Source of the DNA: a virus | IMG/VR virus record: IMGVR_UViG_3300032235_000467 | Reading direction: 5' to 3' (one strand) | DNA length: 64,000 nucleotides | Part shown: in pieces, positions 46,885-56,513 of the stretch | Layout: every line of letters begins with the position of its first letter | Numbering within the stretch: position 1 is the first letter of the stretch | Translations under genes and position numbers: made by a program | Notes under the pieces: model-generated | The model's database searches: none | Told to the model about the DNA's origin: nothing | The model's input: only the letters and a program-made list of their open reading frames with translations

Positions 46885-48003
46885 ATGGCAGAATCAAAAA
46901 ACATTAAAGGTGCTGTAGCTAGCGCCTTAGGTAAGAGTACGTCTTTTAATTTAGAAAATTTTAAGAAGTCAAAAAATCTAACCGAGAACGGATCCTTTAA
47001 GAAACAAGAGTGGATCCCATTATCAGAAGCTTTTCAACAAGCAATTAGTTTACCGGGTCTTCCTCATGGGCACGTTATTAATCTTCGTGGTCATAGCGAT
47101 ACTGGAAAAACCACAGCATTGATTGAAGCAGCGGTTAGTGTACAGAAAATGGGAAAACTACCAGTCTTTATCATCACTGAGATGAAGTGGGATTGGAGTC
47201 ATGCTAAGATCATGGGATTTGAAGTAGAAACAAAAGTTAAAAATGTTACAGATAAAGTTACAGGAGAGGTAACCCAAGTAATATCTTATGAAGGTAATTT
47301 TATCTATATTGATAAGAGTAGTATAACTACCGTAGAAGATGTGGCTGAGTTTATTTTGGATTTGTTGGATGAACAAGCAAAAGGAGTGCTTCCTGTTGAT
47401 TTAGTATTCCTTTGGGATTCTGTAGGATCCTTACCATGTAAGCTATCCGTAGAATCTAATAAGAACAATAATGAGTGGAATGCAGGAGCAATGTCTCAAC
47501 AGTTCGGCAACTTTATAAACCAAAGAATTGTCGGCTCTAGAAAAGATAGTTCTCAGTATACAAACACCCTTATTGCTGTAAACAAAGTTTGGGTGGAGAA
47601 ACCATCTTCATATGGTGAAATGCCAAAGATAAAGAACAAGGGAGGAAATACAATGTTCTTTGATTCAACAATAGTAGTAACCTTTGGTAACTCTACTGGA
47701 GCAGGAACAAACAAGATCAAAGCCACTAAGAATGGTAAGGATGTTGAGTTTGCAAAAAGAACTAAGATCTCAGTAGACAAGAATCACATCAATGGTGTAA
47801 CAACCACTGGTAAGATTATTGCAACTCCCCATGGATTTATTATAGATGATAAGAAATACATTGACGCCTATAAGAAACAACATTCAGCAGAGTGGTTAAA
47901 GATTCTTGGAAGCGAAGACTTCGATGTAATAGAAGAAGTGGATAATGGAGATATGATAGATAATCATGGAGATGCTACCATTAACAATTTAGGGAATGAA
48001 TAA
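46885..48003 (+). CDS. uvsX: RecA/UvsX-like recombinase
   Basis: Walker A GHSDTGKT, Walker B FLWDSVG, KGG motif, KNH. Confidence 0.85.
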   Translation: MAESKNIKGAVASALGKSTSFNLENFKKSKNLTENGSFKKQEWIPLSEAFQQAISLPGLPHGHVINLRGHSDTGKTTALIEAAVSVQKMGKLPVFIITEMKWDWSHAKIMGFEVETKVKNVTDKVTGEVTQVISYEGNFIYIDKSSITTVEDVAEFILDLLDEQAKGVLPVDLVFLWDSVGSLPCKLSVESNKNNNEWNAGAMSQQFGNFINQRIVGSRKDSSQYTNTLIAVNKVWVEKPSSYGEMPKIKNKGGNTMFFDSTIVVTFGNSTGAGTNKIKATKNGKDVEFAKRTKISVDKNHINGVTTTGKIIATPHGFIIDDKKYIDAYKKQHSAEWLKILGSEDFDVIEEVDNGDMIDNHGDATINNLGNE

Positions 48004-49033
48004 GGAGAGACTCCTTAATATATTCTCTAGACTTAAAAACGATGAGAAGCCTGCTAATCTACACTACAATAGTAAAGTGTTGATTATAGATGGGATGAAT
48101 ACATTTCTCAGAAGCTTCGCAGTAGTTAACCGAGTAAACCTAGCAGGTAATGATGTAGGTGGACTTATTGGATTTTTGAAATCACTTGGGCATGCAATAA
48201 AACTGTTATCCCCGACTCGTGTAGTAATCGTCTTTGATGGTGAAGGCGGGTCGGGCAACAGGAAGTATCTCTACAACCAATACAAAGGAAATAGGGATAC
48301 CGGGAGAATTATGAATTATAAATCCTTCCAGACAAAAGGTGCAGAAGAAGATTCTAAATACAATCAGATAACCAGGCTGATAGACTATCTACAATTATTA
48401 CCTGTGACCTTACTATCTTTTGATAAGCTTGAGGCAGATGATGTCATGGGGTATTTAGCAGGAAGGATCTACAAAGAGTATGACGATTCCCAAGTGTACC
48501 TTATGTCTTCAGATAATGACTTTATGCAGCTGGTAAATGATAGAGTCAAAGTATATAGCCCAACAAAGAAAAAGATATATGGGGTTGAGAATGTGGTAGA
48601 AGATTTTGGTATACACCCGGATAACTTCTTATTGTATAAAGCTCTAGTAGGAGACACATCGGATAATATACCTGGAGTAAATGGATTAGGTGAAAAGAAT
48701 GTAGTGAAGCTTTTTGAGTTTGTATCAAAGCCAGAAAGAAAAACATTACAGGACGTTTATCAGGTATGCCAAAACCCTCCTAAGAAGTCAGCACTATATG
48801 AAAGAATATTGAGTGTTAGTAAGCAAGTAGAGATCTTCTACAAGATTATGAACATCATGGAACCTAATATATCTGAGGAAACGGTTGCAGAGATTATGAA
48901 AAAATATCATATTAAGGCTCCGGCTTTAAAGAAGTATGATTTCATGAAACTATACAATCATGATAAGATGGGAGATGCTATACCGCATTTAGATCTATGG
49001 ATAAATTTATATTCCACATTGAACAATTATTAA
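47996..49033 (+). CDS. 5'-3' exonuclease (PolI N-terminal / T4 RNase H-like)
   Basis: IIDGMN, VFDG, YKGNR, EADD, SSDNDFMQL, GDTSDNIPGV.GLGEK. Confidence 0.92.
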   Translation: MNKERLLNIFSRLKNDEKPANLHYNSKVLIIDGMNTFLRSFAVVNRVNLAGNDVGGLIGFLKSLGHAIKLLSPTRVVIVFDGEGGSGNRKYLYNQYKGNRDTGRIMNYKSFQTKGAEEDSKYNQITRLIDYLQLLPVTLLSFDKLEADDVMGYLAGRIYKEYDDSQVYLMSSDNDFMQLVNDRVKVYSPTKKKIYGVENVVEDFGIHPDNFLLYKALVGDTSDNIPGVNGLGEKNVVKLFEFVSKPERKTLQDVYQVCQNPPKKSALYERILSVSKQVEIFYKIMNIMEPNISEETVAEIMKKYHIKAPALKKYDFMKLYNHDKMGDAIPHLDLWINLYSTLNNY

Positions 49034-49040
49034 ATAAGTT

Positions 49041-50393
49041 ATGACGCAGCAAAGATTAACAAGTTATGGACATCAATTTCAAATAAAAGTTCTATACTCC
49101 TTACTAAACGATAAACAGTTCCTTCAAAACATAGCAGATGTAATCACAGCTGATTATTTTGAATCTCCTGCACACAAGTGGATCATTGGAATTATTCTTG
49201 ATTATTATGGAAAGTATAATACTTTTCCTACTATGGAAGTTCTTAAGATAGAACTTAAGAAGGAAAAGAATGAGGTACTTCAAATATCAATCAAGGAAGA
49301 ACTTAAGCAGGCCTACACAGCAACACAAGATGATATTGATTACGTAAAAGAAGAGTTCTTCAACTTCTGTAAAAACCAGAAGCTAAAAGACGCATTACTA
49401 TCATCAGTGGATCTGCTTACAAGCGGAGAGTTCGAAGGAATCAGAAAGATTATTGATGAGGCATTGAGGGCCGGCGCTACAAAGGAGATAGGACACGAGT
49501 ACGATAAAGATATCGAATCCAGATTTAGAGAAGAAGAGGATAAAAAGATTCCATTCCCATGGAAAGTGTTTAACGATATTACAGATGGAGGAATAGGAGG
49601 AAGCAATCTTATGCTTCTGTTTGCACCTCCTGGTATTGGTAAATCTACTGTGGTTTGTAATATTGCATCCCACTGTCTTAAGATGGGATACAACGTAGTG
49701 TACTATACATTAGAGTTGGATGAAAGGTATGTAGGTAAAAAGATCGACTCTATTCTTACCGGAGTAGAAGTTAAGATGCTTAAGTTTCACCGTAAAGAAG
49801 TAGAAACAGCTGTAAAGAATCTTAAAGGCAAGATTGTTATCAAGGAGTATTCACCTGGTAGGGCCTCACTAAGTACCATAGAATCTCATATAAAACAATT
49901 ACAGTCCAATAATGACTTCATTCCAGATCTAATCATCATAGACTACCCAGATCTATTAAAGCCTCGTAAATCTAGGAAAGAAAGCAAAGAAGAACTAGAT
50001 GACATCTACACCGATCTAAAAGGGATGGCTAAAGATCTCAAGATACCATTTGTTTGTCCTTCCCAGATTAATCGTATGGGAGCTAAGGATGAGATCATCG
50101 AGGGGGATAAAGTAGCCGGAAGTTTCCAAAAGATGATGATTGCCGATCTAAGCGTGTCATTGTCTAGGCGCAGGAAGGATAAGATAAACGGTACCGGAAG
50201 ATTCCACATAATGAAATCCAGACTAGGACCGGATGGACAAACTTATGCTGCTAAAATAGATTTGAATAAAGGATTTATTGACATATCAGAAGATCTTTAT
50301 GAGGAAGAGTCTGATAGTGAGGACGTTGGGTCCAAAGGAGATTTTAGTTCAGACGATATGTCTTTGCTAAAGAAAAAGTTCCTTAAAGCATAA
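49041..50393 (+). CDS. Replicative DNA helicase (DnaB / T4 gp41-like)
   Basis: Walker A APPGIGKS, YTLEL, IIIDYPDLL, SQINR, KSRLG. Confidence 0.92.
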   Translation: MTQQRLTSYGHQFQIKVLYSLLNDKQFLQNIADVITADYFESPAHKWIIGIILDYYGKYNTFPTMEVLKIELKKEKNEVLQISIKEELKQAYTATQDDIDYVKEEFFNFCKNQKLKDALLSSVDLLTSGEFEGIRKIIDEALRAGATKEIGHEYDKDIESRFREEEDKKIPFPWKVFNDITDGGIGGSNLMLLFAPPGIGKSTVVCNIASHCLKMGYNVVYYTLELDERYVGKKIDSILTGVEVKMLKFHRKEVETAVKNLKGKIVIKEYSPGRASLSTIESHIKQLQSNNDFIPDLIIIDYPDLLKPRKSRKESKEELDDIYTDLKGMAKDLKIPFVCPSQINRMGAKDEIIEGDKVAGSFQKMMIADLSVSLSRRRKDKINGTGRFHIMKSRLGPDGQTYAAKIDLNKGFIDISEDLYEEESDSEDVGSKGDFSSDDMSLLKKKFLKA

Positions 50394-50501
50394 TCTCATA
50401 AGCATCAAAAAAGTAGCAAAAAAAAAGCTGAGCAAGTCAACTTTTTTTCCCTTTTGAGTGGGTATTTATTTTTACCTTTATAAAAATTTAAAACAAAAAA
50501 C

Positions 50502-52355
50502 ATGGAATTAGGATCGGAGATACTAAGTCAGATAACTATTTTTTCTAAATACGCCAAGTACATCCCTGAAGTAAAAAGAAGGGAAACATGGGAAGAAATA
50601 GTATCTAGGTATGAGGTTATGTTAATGCAAAAGTTCCCAAATCTAAAGAAAGAGATAATGGAGAACGCTGGTTATATTGTGGATAAGAAAGTACTCCCAT
50701 CAATGAGAGCCTTACAGTTCTCAGGTATAGCTGCTGAAGTAAACAATGCACGCATATACAACTGTTGCTACCTTCCAATGGATAGCGTACATTGCTTCTC
50801 AGAGTCTATGTTTCTTTTGCTTGGCGGTACTGGAGTAGGATATTCCGTTCAGTTTCAACACGTAGAGAAGTTACCAGAGATTATAAAGCCAGTAAAACAA
50901 AAAAGGTATTTAGTACAAGATAGTATTATTGGATGGGCTGATGCTGTAAAAGTATTGATGAAGTCTTATTTTGGTAAAGGTGCTAAGCCTATATTCGATT
51001 ACAGAGATGTACGTCCTAAAGGAGCTAGACTCATTACTGCAGGCGGAAAAGCACCTGGACCAGAGCCTCTTAAGATCTGCCTTACACATATAGAAGCTAT
51101 ACTGGATCGTAAGCAAAATGGTGAAAAGCTGACTACCTTAGAAGTGCATGATATCATGTGCCATATTGCTAACAGCGTATTGTCTGGTGGTATTAGAAGG
51201 GCTGCTATGATTGCATTGTTTAGCCATGATGATGAAGAAATGCTTACCTGTAAGTACGGTAATTGGTGGGAGCTGAACGAACAAAGGGGAAGGTCAAACA
51301 ACTCCGCAGTATTGGAAAGAGGCCAGATTACAGAAGAACAGTTCAAAGCTTTGTGGAAGAAGATAGAGTTGAGTAACTCTGGAGAGCCTGGGTTCTATTG
51401 GACAAAGAATGCTGAGTGGGGAACTAACCCATGCTGCGAAATAGCCCTGCGTCCATATCAATTCTGTAACCTGTGTGAGGTGAACGTATCTGATATCAAA
51501 GATGAACAAGATCTATTCGATAGAGTGCGTGTAGCTGCGTTCTTTGGAACCTTACAAGCATCGTTCACTGATTTCCATTATCTCCGTCCTATTTGGCAGA
51601 AGACTACTGAAAAAGATGCTTTGCTTGGAATAGGTATGACAGGCATCGGAAGTGGAGAGATTCTTAAATATGATCTTGAAAAAGCCGCTGAGATTGCAAA
51701 AGAAGTAAATGCGGAGTACGCAGATCTTATAGGAATTAACAGAGCTGCTCGTGTAACTTGCATAAAACCTTCAGGAACAACATCTTGTGTATTGGGCACA
51801 GCTTCTGGAATACATGCATGGCATAACGATTATTATCTCAGGACAGTAAGATTTAATAAGAGTGAAGACATCGCTAAGTATCTTATTGCAAACCATCCTG
51901 AGATGTGTGAGGACGATGTGTTGAGATCTCATGATACTCTGTGTGCAAGGATTCCTATCAAAGCACCAGAAGGTTCAATAATGAGAAGCGAAACCCCAAT
52001 AGAGTTATTGGAAAGGGTAAAGCACTTCTCAGTTAATTGGATTAAGAGTGGTCATAGGAATGGATACAACACCCACAACGTATCAGCTACTGTATCTCTT
52101 AAAGAAGATGAATGGCTTCCAGTAGGAGAATGGATGTGGAAAAACAGAGAACATTATAATGGGTTGTCAGTATTACCTTATTGGGGAGGTACTTATCAAC
52201 AGGCTCCTTTTGAAGATATCACTAAAGAGGAGTATGAAGAAAGAGTAAGCCGTCTCACTTCTATGGACTTGACTAGTATTGTAGAAGAAGATGATACTGT
52301 AAACTTTGGGGCGATCGCAGCTTGCAGTGGTGCCAACTGTAGCGTAGAACAGTAA
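50502..52355 (+). CDS. nrdJ: Class II (adenosylcobalamin-dependent) ribonucleotide reductase
   Basis: PSMRALQF, YNCC, GTGVG, RRAA, TNPCCEI, CNLCE, KPSGT motifs and C-terminal CSGANC; no adjacent nrdB. Confidence 0.85.
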   Translation: MELGSEILSQITIFSKYAKYIPEVKRRETWEEIVSRYEVMLMQKFPNLKKEIMENAGYIVDKKVLPSMRALQFSGIAAEVNNARIYNCCYLPMDSVHCFSESMFLLLGGTGVGYSVQFQHVEKLPEIIKPVKQKRYLVQDSIIGWADAVKVLMKSYFGKGAKPIFDYRDVRPKGARLITAGGKAPGPEPLKICLTHIEAILDRKQNGEKLTTLEVHDIMCHIANSVLSGGIRRAAMIALFSHDDEEMLTCKYGNWWELNEQRGRSNNSAVLERGQITEEQFKALWKKIELSNSGEPGFYWTKNAEWGTNPCCEIALRPYQFCNLCEVNVSDIKDEQDLFDRVRVAAFFGTLQASFTDFHYLRPIWQKTTEKDALLGIGMTGIGSGEILKYDLEKAAEIAKEVNAEYADLIGINRAARVTCIKPSGTTSCVLGTASGIHAWHNDYYLRTVRFNKSEDIAKYLIANHPEMCEDDVLRSHDTLCARIPIKAPEGSIMRSETPIELLERVKHFSVNWIKSGHRNGYNTHNVSATVSLKEDEWLPVGEWMWKNREHYNGLSVLPYWGGTYQQAPFEDITKEEYEERVSRLTSMDLTSIVEEDDTVNFGAIAACSGANCSVEQ

Positions 52356-52396
52356 ATTTTTTGTTATTTTTTAGAAATGTGTAAAAATATAAACCA

Positions 52397-52678
52397 ATGG
52401 CACAACAATACAGAAAGAAACCAGTAGTAATAGAAGCATTTAAATATGGAATAGATAATAGACCTGATTGGTTTAATGATAAAGTAACTACAAATGAAAT
52501 AGTAACTCATGTTGGATATGATTTAAGAAGTCCAGAAGAATTTTATTGTGAAATAAAAACTTTGGAAGGAGTTATGAGAGGTAATTGTGGTGATTATATT
52601 ATTCAAGGAGTTAAAGGAGAAATCTATCCTTGTAAGCCTGATATCTTTGAAGCAACATATGAAAGTGTTGAACAGTAA
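52397..52678 (+). CDS. Conserved phage hypothetical protein
   Basis: YRKKPVVIEA...IKTLEG.M....GDYII.GVKGE.YPCKPDIF..TYE is a widespread phage family. Confidence 0.8.
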   Translation: MAQQYRKKPVVIEAFKYGIDNRPDWFNDKVTTNEIVTHVGYDLRSPEEFYCEIKTLEGVMRGNCGDYIIQGVKGEIYPCKPDIFEATYESVEQ

Positions 52679-52844
52679 ATTAAAAGAAGGGATAGATTAT
52701 TACATAGATGAGCAGACTGGATACTTTGTATTCACTGCTCTCTATCTTTCCCAAAGAGGTAAGTGTTGTGGTAATAAATGTAAAGAATGCCCTTACGATC
52801 CTAAATGGGTAAAAGGAAATAATAATTTGATAGAACAGGAATAG
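52659..52844 (+). CDS. Small Cys-rich protein (DUF5522-like)
   Basis: Likely ATG 52659; DYYI...VFT..YL..RG.CCGN.C..CPY. Confidence 0.65.
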   Translation: MKVLNSKLKEGIDYYIDEQTGYFVFTALYLSQRGKCCGNKCKECPYDPKWVKGNNNLIEQE

Positions 52845-52856
52845 TTCTTATATTTG
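52826..52856 (+). promoter_or_regulatory. Bacteroidota sigma-A-type promoter
   Basis: TTTG (52826-29), 19-nt spacer, TATATTTG (52849-56). Confidence 0.75.
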
Positions 52857-52870
52857 TTAAAATAATAGTT

Positions 52871-53068
52871 ATGGTTGTATATGCTATATGTACCGGTATA
52901 AATCTTTTAGGAATGGGGTTCCTGTTCTATATTTACGAACAGCAGAAGGTTGTAAACACAGAGTTTTTAAAAAATGTAATCCTACACAGCGCAGTATTAG
53001 AAATGCTAAAAGATAAAACAGATGAGTTAGAAAAGCTTATCAAAGAGTTAAAAACAGAAAAAAAATAA
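52871..53068 (+). CDS. Small membrane protein
   Basis: N-terminal hydrophobic helix plus coiled coil. Confidence 0.55.
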   Translation: MVVYAICTGINLLGMGFLFYIYEQQKVVNTEFLKNVILHSAVLEMLKDKTDELEKLIKELKTEKK

Positions 53069-53073
53069 AGGTT

Positions 53074-53304
53074 ATGAAAGTAAATTCACTAGTTTTATGT
53101 GTCTTAGGACACCCAGGAGTAATACAGCAGGATCAGATTTACACAGTAAGGGAGATTACTTCCCAAGGAAATATTAATATTTTTGAAGTAGAGCCTCCAC
53201 ATCCATACAGTTCCTTTTACAGAGAAAGGTTTGTAGAAGTACAATCCTCAGATGAAATGCCAGAGATATTAGCAGAACTGTTATTTGATCAAATTGAAAA
53301 TTAA
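53074..53304 (+). CDS. Hypothetical protein
   Basis: 76-aa ORF with A-rich leader. Confidence 0.55.
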   Translation: MKVNSLVLCVLGHPGVIQQDQIYTVREITSQGNINIFEVEPPHPYSSFYRERFVEVQSSDEMPEILAELLFDQIEN

Positions 53305-53308
53305 TATC

Positions 53309-53623
53309 ATGCAATTTAAAGAATATCAAGAGTTAGCAAAGACAACTGCCATATACCCAGAATCAGCTAGGATATTTTATCCTTGCTTAGGACTAGCTGG
53401 GGAAGTCGGCGAAGTATGTGAGAAGGTAAAAAAGCATGTAAGAGATGGCAGACTGTTAGATAAAGAAGATCTTAAGAAGGAATTAGGAGACATCCTATGG
53501 TATCTATCAGCAGTAGCAACTGATTTAGGAATTGATTTAGATGATGTAGCTGTTACTAATTACGAGAAGTTAAAATCTAGACAAGAGAGAAACGTTCTGC
53601 AGGGATCAGGAGACAATAGATAA
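53309..53623 (+). CDS. MazG-like NTP pyrophosphohydrolase
   Basis: LGLAGEVGEV.EKVKK, KELGDILWY, N..KL..R...GSGDNR; start ATG 53309. Confidence 0.88.
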   Translation: MQFKEYQELAKTTAIYPESARIFYPCLGLAGEVGEVCEKVKKHVRDGRLLDKEDLKKELGDILWYLSAVATDLGIDLDDVAVTNYEKLKSRQERNVLQGSGDNR

Positions 53624-53638
53624 TAAAAAATAAAGGTT

Positions 53639-55945
53639 ATGAGTGAGAAGCAATACGTCACGGTGGAAACACCGGATGCATTGAGGCAGATGGTCAAACA
53701 CATTAGAGAGCATGACATTATTGCTTTCGATACAGAGACAACCAGTCTTAATGTCAGGAAGGGAAAAATAATAGGAATATCAGTATCAGGAGAAGTTGGA
53801 GTGGGATATTACATGCCAACCATGGTACTAAAAGAAGGAGAGTTAGTAGACGATACTATCTACGGAGAAAGTTGCCATGATCTAGCAAAGAAAGTTATAA
53901 CTCTGCTTTGCAGTAAAAAACTCATAGGGCACAACTTATCATTTGACTCCAGATTTGTAAAAGAGTTTTACGGGATTGATATAGTACCAGCTATATACGC
54001 AGATACTATGTTACTAGTACACACAGTAGCAGAGGAAGGTGCAGGAGATGGCTTTGGTAGTTCTTTTGGTCTTAAAGACATTGCAAAGGCCATACAAGAA
54101 CACATCGGTCTAGATATGGATAAAGAGGCCAATGAAGAACAAGTAGAGCTTAAAGAGTCTATAAAAGCCAATGGTGGCACCACCACTAAAGAAAATTATG
54201 AGATATGGAAGGCAGACCTACCTATCCTATCCAAGTACGCTTGTGCGGATACAGACCTTACCCTAAGAGTATACAACTACTATATAGAAAAACTAAAGTC
54301 AGAAGGACTAGAGAAGTTCTTTTTTGAAGATGAGGTGATGCCGCTATACAAGGAAGTTACTATTCCTATGGAGAGTAATGGTATGAAGCTTGACATGGAT
54401 CTTATAATAAAGTCTAGAGAAGAGATAATAAAAGATCTTGAGGACTACAAATTACTTGTAATCAAAACTCTTTTAAAAGATCCTAGAGTAAAAGAATGGG
54501 TTATAGACAAGGCACTAGAAAAATACCCTCCTACACATAAAGGAAGTTATGCACAGCAACTGATAACAGAATCAGGACATACTTTACCAAAGTCTGAGAA
54601 GACTGGCAAGTACACGATGAATGCTGCTACACTAAAGACTTTAGAAGAAGGTCCTATTAAAGAGTTCCTAACAACCGGCAACATGGATGTACTCGATGCC
54701 GACCTAGCTGTAAAAGTTAGCATGAAACTATGGAAAGAAAGCCAGGGTGGAGATTTCTTTAATATTCAATCTAAAGATCACTTAGGTAGTATTGCATTCA
54801 CAGCTTTAGGCATGGAACCTATATCCACTACGGATAAAGGAAAAGACAAGTTTGATGATGACTTCATTCAGTCTATTGCAGATAAACATGAGTGGGCTAA
54901 GAATCTTCGCATTTATAATAAACTGCTAAAGATAAAGTCTACTTATATGGATAGGTTCCTGGATAAACAGGAAGATGGGATGTACTATTTTTACTACAAA
55001 CAACATGCTACAGTATCAGGTAGGTATGGATCTGATGCACAACAATTACCAAGACCTAAAGAAGAAGGAGAAGAGGATCCAGTAGTATTGAAGTACAACA
55101 ATATGGTCAGGGCTTTTTTTATAGCTAAACCTGGGTATATCTTTGTGGATAATGATTACGAGTCACTTGAACCCAAAGTATTCTCCCATGTAGCAGATGA
55201 TGAGGGTTTGAAAGATATATTCCGTAATGGATGGGATTTTTATTCTACTATTGCTATAAAAACTGAAAAACTAGATCAGTACTCTCCGGATAAAAAAGCT
55301 CCAAACTATTTAAAGAAGCATGCAAATCATATTAGGCAGAAAGCAAAAGCATACTCCCTTGGTATTCCATATGGAATGTCTGCATATGCATTAGGAAAAA
55401 GCATTGATCTTAGTACTAAGGAAGCACAGAAACTGGTTGATGGGTACTTAAATGGATTTCCTAATCTTAAAAAATGGATGACCGACTCCAAGATATTTGT
55501 CAAGAAAGAAGGATATGTTAAAACACAAGTAGGTAGAGTTCGCCATTTACCAAAAGTTTCTTATCTTCACGGCAAGTTTGGGGACTCATTGCTAGAGTGG
55601 GACTTCCAGAATAAACTAGAAGGACAGTTAGGAAAAGAAATGGTTACGAATATGGCGAGGGATTATAAGAATGGTCTTAACAATAGTATGAATTTCCAGA
55701 TACAAAGTCTGGCAGCTTCTATAGTAAACCGTGCTGCTATTGAAATAAACAGGGAATTTAAAAAACAAGGAATAAAAGGACAGGTAGTTGCACAGATACA
55801 TGACCAGTTGGTTATGGAAGTTGATGAAACCATGGCTGATGAAGCCTGTAAAATAGTTCAAGATAAGATGGAAAATACTACCAAACTGTCATTAGATTTA
55901 GTAGCAGTTCCATCTTTGGCACATAATTTGAAGGAAGGCCATTAA
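53639..55945 (+). CDS. polA: DNA polymerase, family A, with 3'-5' exonuclease
   Basis: Exo motifs FDTET, HNLSFD, YACAD; VSGRY; motif A DYESLE; motif B RQKAKAYSLGIPYG; NFQIQ; motif C QIHD. Confidence 0.93.
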   Translation: MSEKQYVTVETPDALRQMVKHIREHDIIAFDTETTSLNVRKGKIIGISVSGEVGVGYYMPTMVLKEGELVDDTIYGESCHDLAKKVITLLCSKKLIGHNLSFDSRFVKEFYGIDIVPAIYADTMLLVHTVAEEGAGDGFGSSFGLKDIAKAIQEHIGLDMDKEANEEQVELKESIKANGGTTTKENYEIWKADLPILSKYACADTDLTLRVYNYYIEKLKSEGLEKFFFEDEVMPLYKEVTIPMESNGMKLDMDLIIKSREEIIKDLEDYKLLVIKTLLKDPRVKEWVIDKALEKYPPTHKGSYAQQLITESGHTLPKSEKTGKYTMNAATLKTLEEGPIKEFLTTGNMDVLDADLAVKVSMKLWKESQGGDFFNIQSKDHLGSIAFTALGMEPISTTDKGKDKFDDDFIQSIADKHEWAKNLRIYNKLLKIKSTYMDRFLDKQEDGMYYFYYKQHATVSGRYGSDAQQLPRPKEEGEEDPVVLKYNNMVRAFFIAKPGYIFVDNDYESLEPKVFSHVADDEGLKDIFRNGWDFYSTIAIKTEKLDQYSPDKKAPNYLKKHANHIRQKAKAYSLGIPYGMSAYALGKSIDLSTKEAQKLVDGYLNGFPNLKKWMTDSKIFVKKEGYVKTQVGRVRHLPKVSYLHGKFGDSLLEWDFQNKLEGQLGKEMVTNMARDYKNGLNNSMNFQIQSLAASIVNRAAIEINREFKKQGIKGQVVAQIHDQLVMEVDETMADEACKIVQDKMENTTKLSLDLVAVPSLAHNLKEGH

Positions 55946-55965
55946 GAAACATAAAAAATAAAACA

Positions 55966-56262
55966 ATGAGTAAATTAGTTGCATTACATGACAAAGTCAT
56001 TCTAAAGAAGATTGACTCAGAAGACAAAACGGTAGGTGGTATTATTGTACCAGACATGGGGGCTGAAAAGTCGAACTACTTTGAAGTAGTTAGCGCAGGT
56101 TTAGGTATGTACGATACCCAAAATGGTAAGTACTTTCCTATGCACGTAGAAGTAGGGGATACAGTTATTGTACCAAAAGCAGTAGTAACACAAATCATTG
56201 TAGACGGTGATGAGTATTATGTATGCCGTGAAGTAGAAATCCTTTCAATTATTAAAGATTAA
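55966..56262 (+). CDS. groES: Co-chaperonin GroES
   Basis: LHDKVIL, KTVGGIIVPD mobile loop, VVSAG.G, V.VGD.V, IL.II. Confidence 0.9.
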   Translation: MSKLVALHDKVILKKIDSEDKTVGGIIVPDMGAEKSNYFEVVSAGLGMYDTQNGKYFPMHVEVGDTVIVPKAVVTQIIVDGDEYYVCREVEILSIIKD

Positions 56263-56513
56263 TGGATATAGTATATTCTATAACAGAGTTTAAATGGGTT
56301 AAGAAAGATAATACTTTCTATGCTGAGGCAGATACCCTGCATCCTGATGGAGATTATAAGTGTACTTTTCCAAACGGTAGGAAAAAGTTTTATATCAAGA
56401 ACCATAGGACAAAAGGATTTAGAAGATTTACACTAAACAAAGAATATGATAACGTCTTACAATTCACAAGCGAAGACGGTATATTATGTAACATACAAAC
56501 AAAAACAAAATGA
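56262..56513 (+). CDS. Hypothetical protein between groES and groEL
   Basis: 83 aa; overlaps both neighbours (TAATG and ATGA-type junctions). Confidence 0.6.
   Translation: MDIVYSITEFKWVKKDNTFYAEADTLHPDGDYKCTFPNGRKKFYIKNHRTKGFRRFTLNKEYDNVLQFTSEDGILCNIQTKTK

Noticed and set aside
50418-50448. Possible terminator after the helicase gene
   Set aside because: Stem is mostly A/T runs with a mismatch in the short GC core; too weak to call.
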